A DNA stretch of 53,376 bases, from the NCBI GenBank assembly GCA_964574145.1, contig CAZNKJ010000005.1:1-53376 (forward strand), in the 5' to 3' direction. The DNA is from an uncultured Candidatus Saccharibacteria bacterium (GTDB lineage Bacteria; Patescibacteriota; Minisyncoccia; Phycocordibacterales; CAZNKJ01). The translations under genes were made by a program, and so were the position numbers. Below are positions 8,823 to 17,676 of this stretch, piece by piece (position 1 is the stretch's first letter; every line of letters starts with the position of its first letter). The notes under the pieces are model-generated. The model was not told the DNA's origin and did no database searches. It saw nothing but the letters and a program-made list of their open reading frames with translations.

Positions 8823-10005
8823 TTGGCAAATAAAAAAAATTTCTGATGTAGCCAGGGTATATTCTGGTAATAGCATTAATGCTAAGTTGAAAATGGAGAG
8901 ATTTTTAGGGTATCGGGGTGGTCTACCTTATATAGCAACGAAAGATGTGGGCTTTAATGGGGTTGTAAATTATGAGAATGGTGTGAGGATACCATTCTCA
9001 GAAAAAGATTATAAAATAGCTCATACTAAAACTACCTTGATATGTGCTGAGGGTGGAAGTGCTGGTAGAAAATTAGCTTTTTTGAGTCATGACGTTTGCT
9101 TTGTTAACAAATTATTTGCATTGGAATCAACAGGATTAATTGAATCTAAATATATTTATTACTATTTGAGATCTGTTACTTTTAAGGAAGATTTTAATAA
9201 AAGAATGTCAGGAATAATTGGTGGAGTGTCATTGAGTAAGTTTAAAGAAATCAAGATATCATACCCAGAATCCCTTACTGAACAAAAGCGAATCGTAAAA
9301 ATGTTGGATAATATTTTTAAAAAAACATCGGAAGTAAATAATAAGGTCGAAATGAATCTTCAAAATTCAAAGGATTTTTTTGAATCTTATTTACAGATGA
9401 TGTTATTGCAAAATAATGAGGAGTGGAACAGAAAAACTTTGAAAGAAATCTCTATTGATTTTGGTAGAGGAAAATCTAAACATCGTCCAAGGAATGATAA
9501 AAAGCTTTATGGCGGGGAATATCCATTTATTCAGACTGGGGATGTAAGGAATTCAGACCATTACATAACAAAATATACAAAAACGTATAATGAGGTAGGT
9601 CTTTCACAGAGTAAGTTATGGAAGAAAGGCACAATATGTATTACTATCGCAGCAAATATAGCTGAAACTGGCATTCTAGATTTCGATGCATGTTTTCCCG
9701 ATAGTATAATTGGGCTTGTTGTAGACCCCAAAAAAGCCGACGTTGATTTTATGGAATATCTGCTACAGGCATATCAGTCTGTTCTTAAAGCGAAAGGTAA
9801 AGGAAGTGCTCAAGATAATATAAATATGGGCACATTTGAAAATGAACTTTTTGCGATTCCCTCACTGTCGGAGCAGAAAAAAATAGTTAAAAAATTACAT
9901 GTAGTATTTACTCAAAGTAAAAACCTTGGCAATATATATAAAAGGAAGCTGGTGATATTTCCAGAGTTAGAGAAATCCCTACTCAGTAAGTCTTTAGTAA
10001 ATTAA
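8812..10005 (+). CDS. hsdS: Type I R-M specificity subunit
   Basis: Two target-recognition halves separated by conserved helical spacers (LTEQKRIVKMLD / LSEQKKIVKKLH). It overlaps hsdM by 11 nt. Confidence 0.85.
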   Translation: MKNNWQIKKISDVARVYSGNSINAKLKMERFLGYRGGLPYIATKDVGFNGVVNYENGVRIPFSEKDYKIAHTKTTLICAEGGSAGRKLAFLSHDVCFVNKLFALESTGLIESKYIYYYLRSVTFKEDFNKRMSGIIGGVSLSKFKEIKISYPESLTEQKRIVKMLDNIFKKTSEVNNKVEMNLQNSKDFFESYLQMMLLQNNEEWNRKTLKEISIDFGRGKSKHRPRNDKKLYGGEYPFIQTGDVRNSDHYITKYTKTYNEVGLSQSKLWKKGTICITIAANIAETGILDFDACFPDSIIGLVVDPKKADVDFMEYLLQAYQSVLKAKGKGSAQDNINMGTFENELFAIPSLSEQKKIVKKLHVVFTQSKNLGNIYKRKLVIFPELEKSLLSKSLVN

Positions 10006-10010
10006 TAATT

Positions 10011-12305
10011 ATGAACGAAGCAGAAACAAGAGCAGAATACATAGACGTGCAACTCAGAGAAGCTGGGTGGGGTATTCTTGATAACACTAGAGTTCGTCGA
10101 GAGTTTTATATCACAGATGGGCGAATACAGGCTGGTGGTAAAAGAGGTGAAAGAGAATTTGCAGACTACATTTTAGAATACAAGAATAAAAAACTTGCTG
10201 TTATTGAAGCTAAAAGTGTTGGTAATCACCCTACAGAAGGAGTAGCTCAAGCAAAGGGGTATGCTGAGAAATTACATTTGAACTATACCTATGCAACAAA
10301 TGGTAAAGAGATATATCAAATCTCAATGGAAACCGGGAAAGAGGAGTATGTAGATAAATATCCTACCCCAGATGAGCTTTGGAATAAGATTTATTTAAAT
10401 GAGAACGAATGGAAAGATAAGTTCAGTGAAATTCCTTTAGAAAGCGGGTATGGACGAAGGTACTATCAAGAAATTGCTGTAGAAAAAACTCTTGATGCAA
10501 TAGCAGAAGATAAAAATAGAATTCTTCTTACTATGGCAACAGGTACTGGTAAGACCGCTGTCTCGTTTCAGATAGCATGGAAACTTTTTGAAGCTCGATG
10601 GAATTTATCAAAAGACGGAAAGCGACGACCTCGTATTCTATTTCTTGCTGATAGAAATATACTTGCAGACCAAGCGTTCAACTCATTCTCTGCTTTTCCA
10701 GAAGATGCACTTGTGCGTATTAATCCGTTAGACATTCGTAAAAAAGGAAGTGTTCCAACAAATGGAAGTATCTTCTTTACTATATTTCAGACATTTATGA
10801 GCGGTAAGGATAATACTCCGTACTATGGTGAATACCCATCAGATTTCTTTGACTTCATTATCATTGACGAGTGTCACCGTGGTGGTGCCAATGATGAGAG
10901 TAATTGGCGTGGAATCTTGGAGTATTTCTCTCCAGCAGTACAGCTAGGACTTACAGCTACTCCAAAAAGAAAAGACAATGTAGACACATATAAATACTTC
11001 GGAGAACCTATATACACTTACTCTCTCAAAGAAGGTATTAATGATGGTTTCCTTACACCATTCAAAGTGAAGCGTATCCAGACAACTATTGATGATTATA
11101 TATACACTTCAGACGATCAAGTTGTTGAGGGTGAGGTTGAAGAAGGAAAAGTATACGAGGAAGAAGATTTCAATAAAATTATCGAGATTAAAGAACGTGA
11201 AGTAAAACGAGTTAGGGTTGTTCTTGATGAAATAGATCAAAGTGAAAAAACTATTATTTTCTGTGCCACTCAAGATCATGCACTTGCTGTTCGTGATTTA
11301 GTAAATCAAATGAAAGATAGTAAGGATGTAAATTACTGCGTGCGAGTTACTGCAAATGATGGTGCTCGTGGTGAACAATACCTAAGAGAGTTCCAAGACA
11401 ATGAAAAAACTATTCCAACTATCCTAACTACTTCTCAAAAACTTTCTACTGGAGTGGATGCCCGCAACATACGAAATATTGTTTTGATGCGTCCAGTAAA
11501 CTCAATGATTGAGTTTAAGCAAATTGTAGGACGAGGAACTCGATTATTTGATGGAAAAGAATATTTCACTGTTCTTGATTTTGTTGATGCGTACAAGCAC
11601 TTCTCTGATCCTGAATGGGATGGTGACCCAATAGATGAGACTATCGAAGAGCCTACTGAACCTAAAGAACCCAAGGAACCAAAAGATCCTAAAACTCCCC
11701 CAGAACTACCCGAGGAACCAAAGAAGCGATTGAAGATTAAGTTGCGAGACGGAAAAGAACGTGAGATTAAACACATGGTAAGTACTTCATTTTGGGGTGC
11801 TGACGGTAAACCAATTTCAGTTCAGGAATTCATGGATAATCTTTTTGGTGCCATGCCAGAATTCTTTAAAAACGAAGAAGAACTGAGAAAAATTTGGTCT
11901 AATCCAGTTACGAGAAAAACTTTTCTTCATAAAATTGCAGAGTTAGGTTATGGGAGAGACGAGTTAGAGATTTTGCAGAAAATGATTGATGCAGAGCAGA
12001 GTGATTTGTTTGACGTTCTGGCTTATGTTTCTTTTATGACCACACCAGTTACAAGGAAGCAGAGGGTTGAACTTGCAAAGGATAAGATTTTTAAAGACTT
12101 AGACGACAAACAGAAAGAGTTTATTGATTTTGTGTTATCCAAATATGAAGAAAGAGGCTTTGCTGAGTTGGGTGAAGACAAACTTCCTATACTCTTAAAC
12201 CTTAAATACCACGCAATCGCTGATGCAGAAGAGATGTTGGGTGGGGTCGATCGTATACGTTCTACATTCTTTGATTTTCAAGAGAATTTGTATACGAAGG
12301 TGTAA
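10011..12305 (+). CDS. hsdR: Type I R-M restriction subunit (EcoEI-type C-terminal domain)
   Basis: N-terminal nuclease region (ADYIL..VIEAKS), helicase motifs MATGTGKT and DECHRG, QIVGRGTR. A PK-rich linker (EPTEPKEPKEPKDPKTP) precedes the C-terminal helical domain. Confidence 0.9.
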   Translation: MNEAETRAEYIDVQLREAGWGILDNTRVRREFYITDGRIQAGGKRGEREFADYILEYKNKKLAVIEAKSVGNHPTEGVAQAKGYAEKLHLNYTYATNGKEIYQISMETGKEEYVDKYPTPDELWNKIYLNENEWKDKFSEIPLESGYGRRYYQEIAVEKTLDAIAEDKNRILLTMATGTGKTAVSFQIAWKLFEARWNLSKDGKRRPRILFLADRNILADQAFNSFSAFPEDALVRINPLDIRKKGSVPTNGSIFFTIFQTFMSGKDNTPYYGEYPSDFFDFIIIDECHRGGANDESNWRGILEYFSPAVQLGLTATPKRKDNVDTYKYFGEPIYTYSLKEGINDGFLTPFKVKRIQTTIDDYIYTSDDQVVEGEVEEGKVYEEEDFNKIIEIKEREVKRVRVVLDEIDQSEKTIIFCATQDHALAVRDLVNQMKDSKDVNYCVRVTANDGARGEQYLREFQDNEKTIPTILTTSQKLSTGVDARNIRNIVLMRPVNSMIEFKQIVGRGTRLFDGKEYFTVLDFVDAYKHFSDPEWDGDPIDETIEEPTEPKEPKEPKDPKTPPELPEEPKKRLKIKLRDGKEREIKHMVSTSFWGADGKPISVQEFMDNLFGAMPEFFKNEEELRKIWSNPVTRKTFLHKIAELGYGRDELEILQKMIDAEQSDLFDVLAYVSFMTTPVTRKQRVELAKDKIFKDLDDKQKEFIDFVLSKYEERGFAELGEDKLPILLNLKYHAIADAEEMLGGVDRIRSTFFDFQENLYTKV

Positions 12306-12329
12306 GTTTGTATCTATTTTGTAACTACC

Positions 12330-15170
12330 ATGGCTAAATCAAAAGATAAGAAAGAAGAAAATATTTCAGATCCACATTTTGAGATTCTAGTTGATAAACC
12401 ATTAGAAAATGGCGACAAGGATCGATTTGGACATAGAGATATTGCTAACTCACTACTTAAGATGGTTAGGAAAGCACCTCGTCCCTTTAATATAGGTTTG
12501 TATGGGCAGTGGGGTGTTGGGAAAAGTACGATTTGTAAGATAATTCAAGATCAACTAGAGAAGGGGTTAGACTATGAAGTTGTCTATTTTGATACCTGGA
12601 AATATGAGAGAGACTCGTTCCGTAGACAGTTCTTAATAAATTTGGATGAGGAACTAAAATTAGACCTTAATTATAAAGAAATACTCAACCAGTCTCTGAC
12701 TGTTCCTGTAATTCCAGAATGGCGTGAGAGATTGAAACAAATCTTTGATGATTTTTTATTGAGATCAGCGTTTCTAATTATTGTGTCTCTTGTTGTGATA
12801 ATCATCTTTAGAGAACTTGTATTCCCGCTTATCATTTCATCTGAATATGTAAAGATTGCCGAGAAGCTAGCAGATATTGGAATCATAGGAATACTTGTAT
12901 CATTTATTTTAAATTCAGTTAAGCAGTTTAACCAAACAAAAACTACAGATAAAACTGATTCTGCTGAAGGGTTTGAAGACCATTTTATTGAGGTACTTGA
13001 GAAAGTCAAAACAGAAAACCTTGTGATTATTGTCGATAATCTCGATCGTTTGTCTAGTAAAAATGCTGTAAGTTTACTCAGTGATATAAAAACATTTTTA
13101 TCGAATGAAAAGTATGATTCAGATGGCCATAAAATAAGCAACAAGGCTTCTTTTATTGTCCCTTGTGATAATAAAGCAATCAATGACCAGCTAATTGATC
13201 AATATGGTGACGATTTTGATTCCGAAGAGTATCTAAGAAAGTTTTTTAATCACTCAATTCAGATACCAAAGTTTCTTGATATAGAGCTCGACGATTTCAT
13301 CGTTGAAAAATTAAATGAAACAAAAATTGAAGAATTCTCAAGCAATTATGACTTGGCATTTATTTTGAACTCTGCTTTTAGAAATAATCCACGAGAGATT
13401 ATACAGTTTATTAACTCCTTAACGTCTTTGTATTTATTAGCTAAAGAAAGAAAAATTGATCGTATTACCCAGAAGGACAGGATTGCTTTTCTTGCGAAAA
13501 TCCTAGTTCTAAGAGTCAAATGGTCACGCTTATATGATCATATTGAAGATCAAATTCTTAGAACAGGAGATAAGCTAAAAGAAATAAGTAAATCATTTGG
13601 AGACGATGTTGATAAAATCAAACTGTTAGGATTTCTAAAGGCTACTTCACATATCAATGACGATGAATACGAAGATATATATTTCTCTTTGAGGCAAAGC
13701 GACGCTCAAAAATCAATTCCTGAATGGAATAGTTTTGTTTTGACACTACTTGAAAACAGACAAAAAGACGCTCAAAAAGTCTACGACTCAGTAAAGTCAA
13801 ATAAAAAATTGTCTAATCTCGGACAACTCCTTACTGCTTACTGTAGAAGAAATGAGAAAAATGAAAATTCATTGTTCAATATTTTCTTGTCTTTACATAA
13901 AATTATTAAACCTGAGGATCTAAAACATTTTCAAGACGTATTTCTTTTGACCTTTACAAATGTTGCTGATTCAAAGTTTGTTAATAATTTTAATGATGTA
14001 GACCTTAATAAACTTTTTTCAAAAAGCCTTGATGGTGCTTCACCATCAAATAAAAAACGCTTTAGTGAATATCTCATATCTATTCTGAAACATTTTTCAG
14101 CATTGGAAAAAATGGAAAGGGACCAGGTTAAAAAAGTTTATGAATTGTTTGGAATTGTGAATTCGTCTGAAAATAAAAATAATTTTCAAAATAAACTGAA
14201 TGATTTAGGAGAAATAAAGAAAGATTTTATTAATCATCTTCAATATCAGGAGTTATTCCCTGAAGAAGAAAAGGGTGAAGATTTTCGTGAAGACATTCTG
14301 GACGATTTGTTATCTATCATTGTTTCCTCAGAACCAGTACTTAAAAAACATTATTTTGATACATTGTCATTTTTGGGGTATCTATTACAGTGGGCACCTG
14401 TTGTTGAAGATGACGATTTAAGGATTAAGGTTTTACAAAAGAGTTATGAATTTTTAGAGAAAGTTAGCCCACCTTCTTCTACAAATGAAACTTTAAGACA
14501 AGTTCTTAATACATTTACTACTCGTATTTCTACTTGGTATCAAGCCAATAAGGCTGATGGTGAAAGATCTCTTTGTGTGAAAATTTTTGAGAAAATTAAC
14601 CTCAAAATAAATCCAAATGTTGAACCAAAATCTTCAATACGTCAGTTTATTACTGAAACAGGGAACGATGCTGATGAAATCTTGGATACTTTGGGTAAGG
14701 AGTATTTAACGAACAATGAAAATGCACGCGAAGCTCTTATCACTAGGAGTAGGACAAACATAGATTTGCTTAGTAAGTTGCCATTGAAAAGAAAACTGAC
14801 CTCAGATGAAAAAGCTAATGTTTTCAGTAATCTTATAGGTAATCCAGAAGAAGCACTGGTCTTTCTTGATTATGTAAGTTTTTCCATACCTAGTGAGCAT
14901 AAAGAAGATCCTAATTTTCTTAAGGGAATTGTATTAAGAATGATAAATGGTGCAAGTTTTTCTGATACGGAATTACAGATCAGATGGTTAGATGCTATTA
15001 GCAAATTGGGCATTCACTCTGATCAAGTGGATACTTTCGTACAAAAGTTACGACAAGTTCGTGACCTTTCTGATAAGCATAAGGAAGTCATTTCTCAATT
15101 TGTGTCAAAAAACAAAAAAGCGTTCGGAGAGCTTATTGTAGATGAATTTAAATATAGCGAAGAATCATAA
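12330..15170 (+). CDS. KAP-family P-loop NTPase with long helical C-terminal extension
   Basis: Walker A GQWGVGKST. Two hydrophobic helices are inserted into the P-loop domain (SAFLIIVSLVVIIIF..., IGIIGILVSFILN). Walker B is LVIIVDNLDRL. A roughly 600-aa alpha-helical tail follows. The gene starts 24 nt after hsdR. Confidence 0.8.
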   Translation: MAKSKDKKEENISDPHFEILVDKPLENGDKDRFGHRDIANSLLKMVRKAPRPFNIGLYGQWGVGKSTICKIIQDQLEKGLDYEVVYFDTWKYERDSFRRQFLINLDEELKLDLNYKEILNQSLTVPVIPEWRERLKQIFDDFLLRSAFLIIVSLVVIIIFRELVFPLIISSEYVKIAEKLADIGIIGILVSFILNSVKQFNQTKTTDKTDSAEGFEDHFIEVLEKVKTENLVIIVDNLDRLSSKNAVSLLSDIKTFLSNEKYDSDGHKISNKASFIVPCDNKAINDQLIDQYGDDFDSEEYLRKFFNHSIQIPKFLDIELDDFIVEKLNETKIEEFSSNYDLAFILNSAFRNNPREIIQFINSLTSLYLLAKERKIDRITQKDRIAFLAKILVLRVKWSRLYDHIEDQILRTGDKLKEISKSFGDDVDKIKLLGFLKATSHINDDEYEDIYFSLRQSDAQKSIPEWNSFVLTLLENRQKDAQKVYDSVKSNKKLSNLGQLLTAYCRRNEKNENSLFNIFLSLHKIIKPEDLKHFQDVFLLTFTNVADSKFVNNFNDVDLNKLFSKSLDGASPSNKKRFSEYLISILKHFSALEKMERDQVKKVYELFGIVNSSENKNNFQNKLNDLGEIKKDFINHLQYQELFPEEEKGEDFREDILDDLLSIIVSSEPVLKKHYFDTLSFLGYLLQWAPVVEDDDLRIKVLQKSYEFLEKVSPPSSTNETLRQVLNTFTTRISTWYQANKADGERSLCVKIFEKINLKINPNVEPKSSIRQFITETGNDADEILDTLGKEYLTNNENAREALITRSRTNIDLLSKLPLKRKLTSDEKANVFSNLIGNPEEALVFLDYVSFSIPSEHKEDPNFLKGIVLRMINGASFSDTELQIRWLDAISKLGIHSDQVDTFVQKLRQVRDLSDKHKEVISQFVSKNKKAFGELIVDEFKYSEES

Positions 15171-15238
15171 AAACTGAAAATACGCTGTGTTGTATAATGT
15201 AGACGGTCGTACATTATTAACCACTAACAATCAACGTT

Positions 15239-15460
15239 ATGTCACATCGTAAAGGTCCACGCCCAAAGCGTGAGAACACTCATTGGACACCTTCAGAGGT
15301 GCAGAAGATGAGGAAGATGGCTAAAGGAAATACTCCTACTCCGCTCATTGCAGATGCTCTCGGTAGAACACCGTCAGCTATTTACAACAAGGCTCAGGAG
15401 AAGAATCTTACCCTAAAGCCGACGAATCAGTCTCCTTACAATCGACGTAAGAAGAAATAG
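15239..15460 (+). CDS. Small basic SANT/Myb-like HTH protein
   Basis: HWTPSEVQKMRKMAKGNTPTPLIADALGRTPSAIYNKAQE with basic termini. More GC-rich than its neighbours. Confidence 0.5.
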   Translation: MSHRKGPRPKRENTHWTPSEVQKMRKMAKGNTPTPLIADALGRTPSAIYNKAQEKNLTLKPTNQSPYNRRKKK

Positions 15461-15577
15461 GTTAATGGAAAAGTGTCTGGTTTAGATAGAGCCAAAGTAC
15501 CCGATGCAGGAATTCAGAATTCAGTGATCCAGAACGGCATGTATAGAGGCGATCGAAAAGTCACACCTACCACGCAA

Positions 15578-15602
15578 ACAACCCCAAACATGGGGTTGTT
15601 TT
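15578..15602 (+). terminator. Rho-independent terminator
   Basis: ACAACCCC-AAACAT-GGGGTTGT followed by TTT. Confidence 0.7.
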
Positions 15603-15845
15603 GTAAATGAGGTCAATGGAGTCAATGACACCGATTTCTCAAGTAGTGTAGTATTTGTAGTATTCACAGCTAGACCGAGACACGTCATTATCATTTAAAT
15701 CTAGTCTCCCAAAAACCCTTACAGGGCTTGGAACAGACAAAACCGAGACCATGCCAGCCAGCCCGAACAAACCAAAGCGGATTTTTCCTATGGATAAAAT
15801 AAGTCTTTTCGCTTATAATCTTAAATAAGTTAAGGAATTTTATTT

Positions 15846-17300
15846 ATGTCTGTTGATGATATACGATCTGAGCGTTTAAAAAAACTCACGATACTTAAAG
15901 AAAATGGAATTGATCCATACCCTGTTGAGTCATTTCGAACACACGAAAATGCTTCTTTTTTGAAGTCTTTTCAGACTATAGCTGATTCTCAGGAGAAAGT
16001 GACCTTAGCTGGTAGGGTTATGTCAGTTAGAGGTCAGGGAGGAATAATATTTATTGATTTGTTTGATGGCTCAGCTCGTGTTCAGGCGTTAATAAAAAAA
16101 GACGATATAGGAGAGCAATCTTTTGGTCTTTTTTCAGAGGTTGTGGGAGTGAGTGATTTCTTAGAGGTTTCAGGTGTCGCATTTGTGACTAAGAGGGGGG
16201 CTAATTCTTTACTTGCAGAATCTTGGCGCATGCTTGCGAAAAGTTTGCGACAAGTCCCAGATGAATGGTTTGGAATTAAAGATGAAGACGAACGTTACCG
16301 TAAACGATATCTTGACATGCTTCTCAATACAGAAGTTGCCGACATTGTGAGAAAACGTTCATTGTTTTGGAACACAATACGTTCTTTTATGTTAGAACGT
16401 GGTTTTGTTGAAGTGGAAACACCTATTTTAGAAACAAAGACCGGTGGAGCGGAAGCACGTCCGTTCGTTACTCACCACAATGCGTTGGATATGGATGTTT
16501 ATTTAAGAATTTCTCATGAATTGTGGCATAAAAAACTAATCATTGCTGGTTTCCCGAAAGTTTTTGAGATTGGAAGAGTGTTTAGGAATGAGGGTATGTC
16601 TTATGAACATGCTCAAGATTATACTCATTTTGAATTTTATGAAGCTTACCAAGATGCGGGAGATGGAATGCCGATGCTTGTTGAACTGTATCGTACAGTT
16701 GCACAAAAAACGTTTGGAACTTTAAAGTTTAAAATGGGTGAGTTTGATGTAGACCTAGGCGTTGAATGGGAGAAATATGATTTCAGTCAGTTGATGCTAG
16801 AAAAATATGGTTTTGATCCTAAGGATGTAGATTTAAAGAAAGTGCAGGAAATTCTTAAAAAAGAGGAAATAAAATTTGATTCAAATATTGATATAGGTAG
16901 AGGAGTTGATTTACTTTGGAAGAAGATAAGAAAAAACATTGGAGGTCCTGCTATTTTGACCGGTATACCTGCTTATCTTGAACCTCTTGCTAAAAAATCA
17001 AAGAATGACGAGCGTATTGTAGATCGTTTCCAGATTCTTTTAGGAGGTAGCGAGGTGGGAAAAGCATTTAACGAACTTAATGATCCCGTTGACCAACTAC
17101 AGCGTTTTGAAAAACAGCAGGCACTTAGAGATGCGGGAGACGAAGAGGCGCAGATGGCTGATTTTGATTACGTAGAAGCGATGGAATATGGGATGCCTCC
17201 GACATTTGGTTTTGGTGTGTCGGAACGCCTTTTCAGTTTTTTAGCAGGAAAGAGTATTCGAGAATCTCAGCTGTTTCCTTTAATGAGACCTAGAGGGTAG
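15846..17300 (+). CDS. lysS: Lysyl-tRNA synthetase, class II
   Basis: N-terminal OB anticodon-binding region and class II motifs (FRNEG, GGSEVGKAFNELNDP, MEYGMPPTFGFGVS). Confidence 0.95.
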   Translation: MSVDDIRSERLKKLTILKENGIDPYPVESFRTHENASFLKSFQTIADSQEKVTLAGRVMSVRGQGGIIFIDLFDGSARVQALIKKDDIGEQSFGLFSEVVGVSDFLEVSGVAFVTKRGANSLLAESWRMLAKSLRQVPDEWFGIKDEDERYRKRYLDMLLNTEVADIVRKRSLFWNTIRSFMLERGFVEVETPILETKTGGAEARPFVTHHNALDMDVYLRISHELWHKKLIIAGFPKVFEIGRVFRNEGMSYEHAQDYTHFEFYEAYQDAGDGMPMLVELYRTVAQKTFGTLKFKMGEFDVDLGVEWEKYDFSQLMLEKYGFDPKDVDLKKVQEILKKEEIKFDSNIDIGRGVDLLWKKIRKNIGGPAILTGIPAYLEPLAKKSKNDERIVDRFQILLGGSEVGKAFNELNDPVDQLQRFEKQQALRDAGDEEAQMADFDYVEAMEYGMPPTFGFGVSERLFSFLAGKSIRESQLFPLMRPRG

Positions 17301-17358
17301 TCGGGTATTTAGTTTTAGTATTTGATCCGAAATTAAAAGTAAATTTTTTATTGAGGTT

Positions 17359-17613
17359 TTGAACAATTACGTATATATACTGGAATGTTGTGATGGTACT
17401 TTGTATACTGGGTCAACTATAAATATAATAAAGAGACTTCGTGAACATAATGAGCAGAAAAAAGGTGCAAAATATACTCGTGCTCGTCGTCCTGTGGAGT
17501 TGGTTTATAAAGAGGAGTGTAAAACATTTGCAAAAGCTTGTGCTCGTGAAGCGGAGATTAAACGTATGGGTAGGAGGGAAAAACTTCTGCTTATAGAGAA
17601 AAAGGTTGTATAA
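17359..17613 (+). CDS. GIY-YIG nuclease superfamily protein (UPF0213-like)
   Basis: YVYILECCDGTLYTGSTINIIKRLREHN...YTRARRP. Uses a non-ATG start. Confidence 0.8.
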   Translation: MNNYVYILECCDGTLYTGSTINIIKRLREHNEQKKGAKYTRARRPVELVYKEECKTFAKACAREAEIKRMGRREKLLLIEKKVV

Positions 17614-17676
17614 AAAGATTATTTGAAGTAGTGTTGTTTTTGTTAGAGCACTAAGTGCTCTTTTTATATGTAAAAT

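Larger units (their letters stand above)
110..15683. mobile_element. Putative integrated genomic/defence island at the 3' side of tRNA-Gln, probably immobilised
   Basis: It lies between tRNA-Gln and lysS. It carries a serine recombinase (frameshifted), a phage-type HTH, a ParB-methylase, Type I R-M, a KAP NTPase, nucleases and a gene remnant. CAGCT...AGACCGAGAC occurs just after the tRNA (110-133) and again at 15667-15681. GTAGTA-rich sequence precedes both copies. The UvrD gene is visibly more GC-rich than its surroundings. Confidence 0.5.

Noticed and set aside
14668-14690. CTGATGA heptamers inside coding regions (14671 in the KAP gene; also 31517 in the SurA-like gene) as additional hammerheads.
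   Set aside because: There is no adjacent stem II hairpin followed by GAAA, and no stem I/III pairing. These are chance heptamers within well-supported ORFs.
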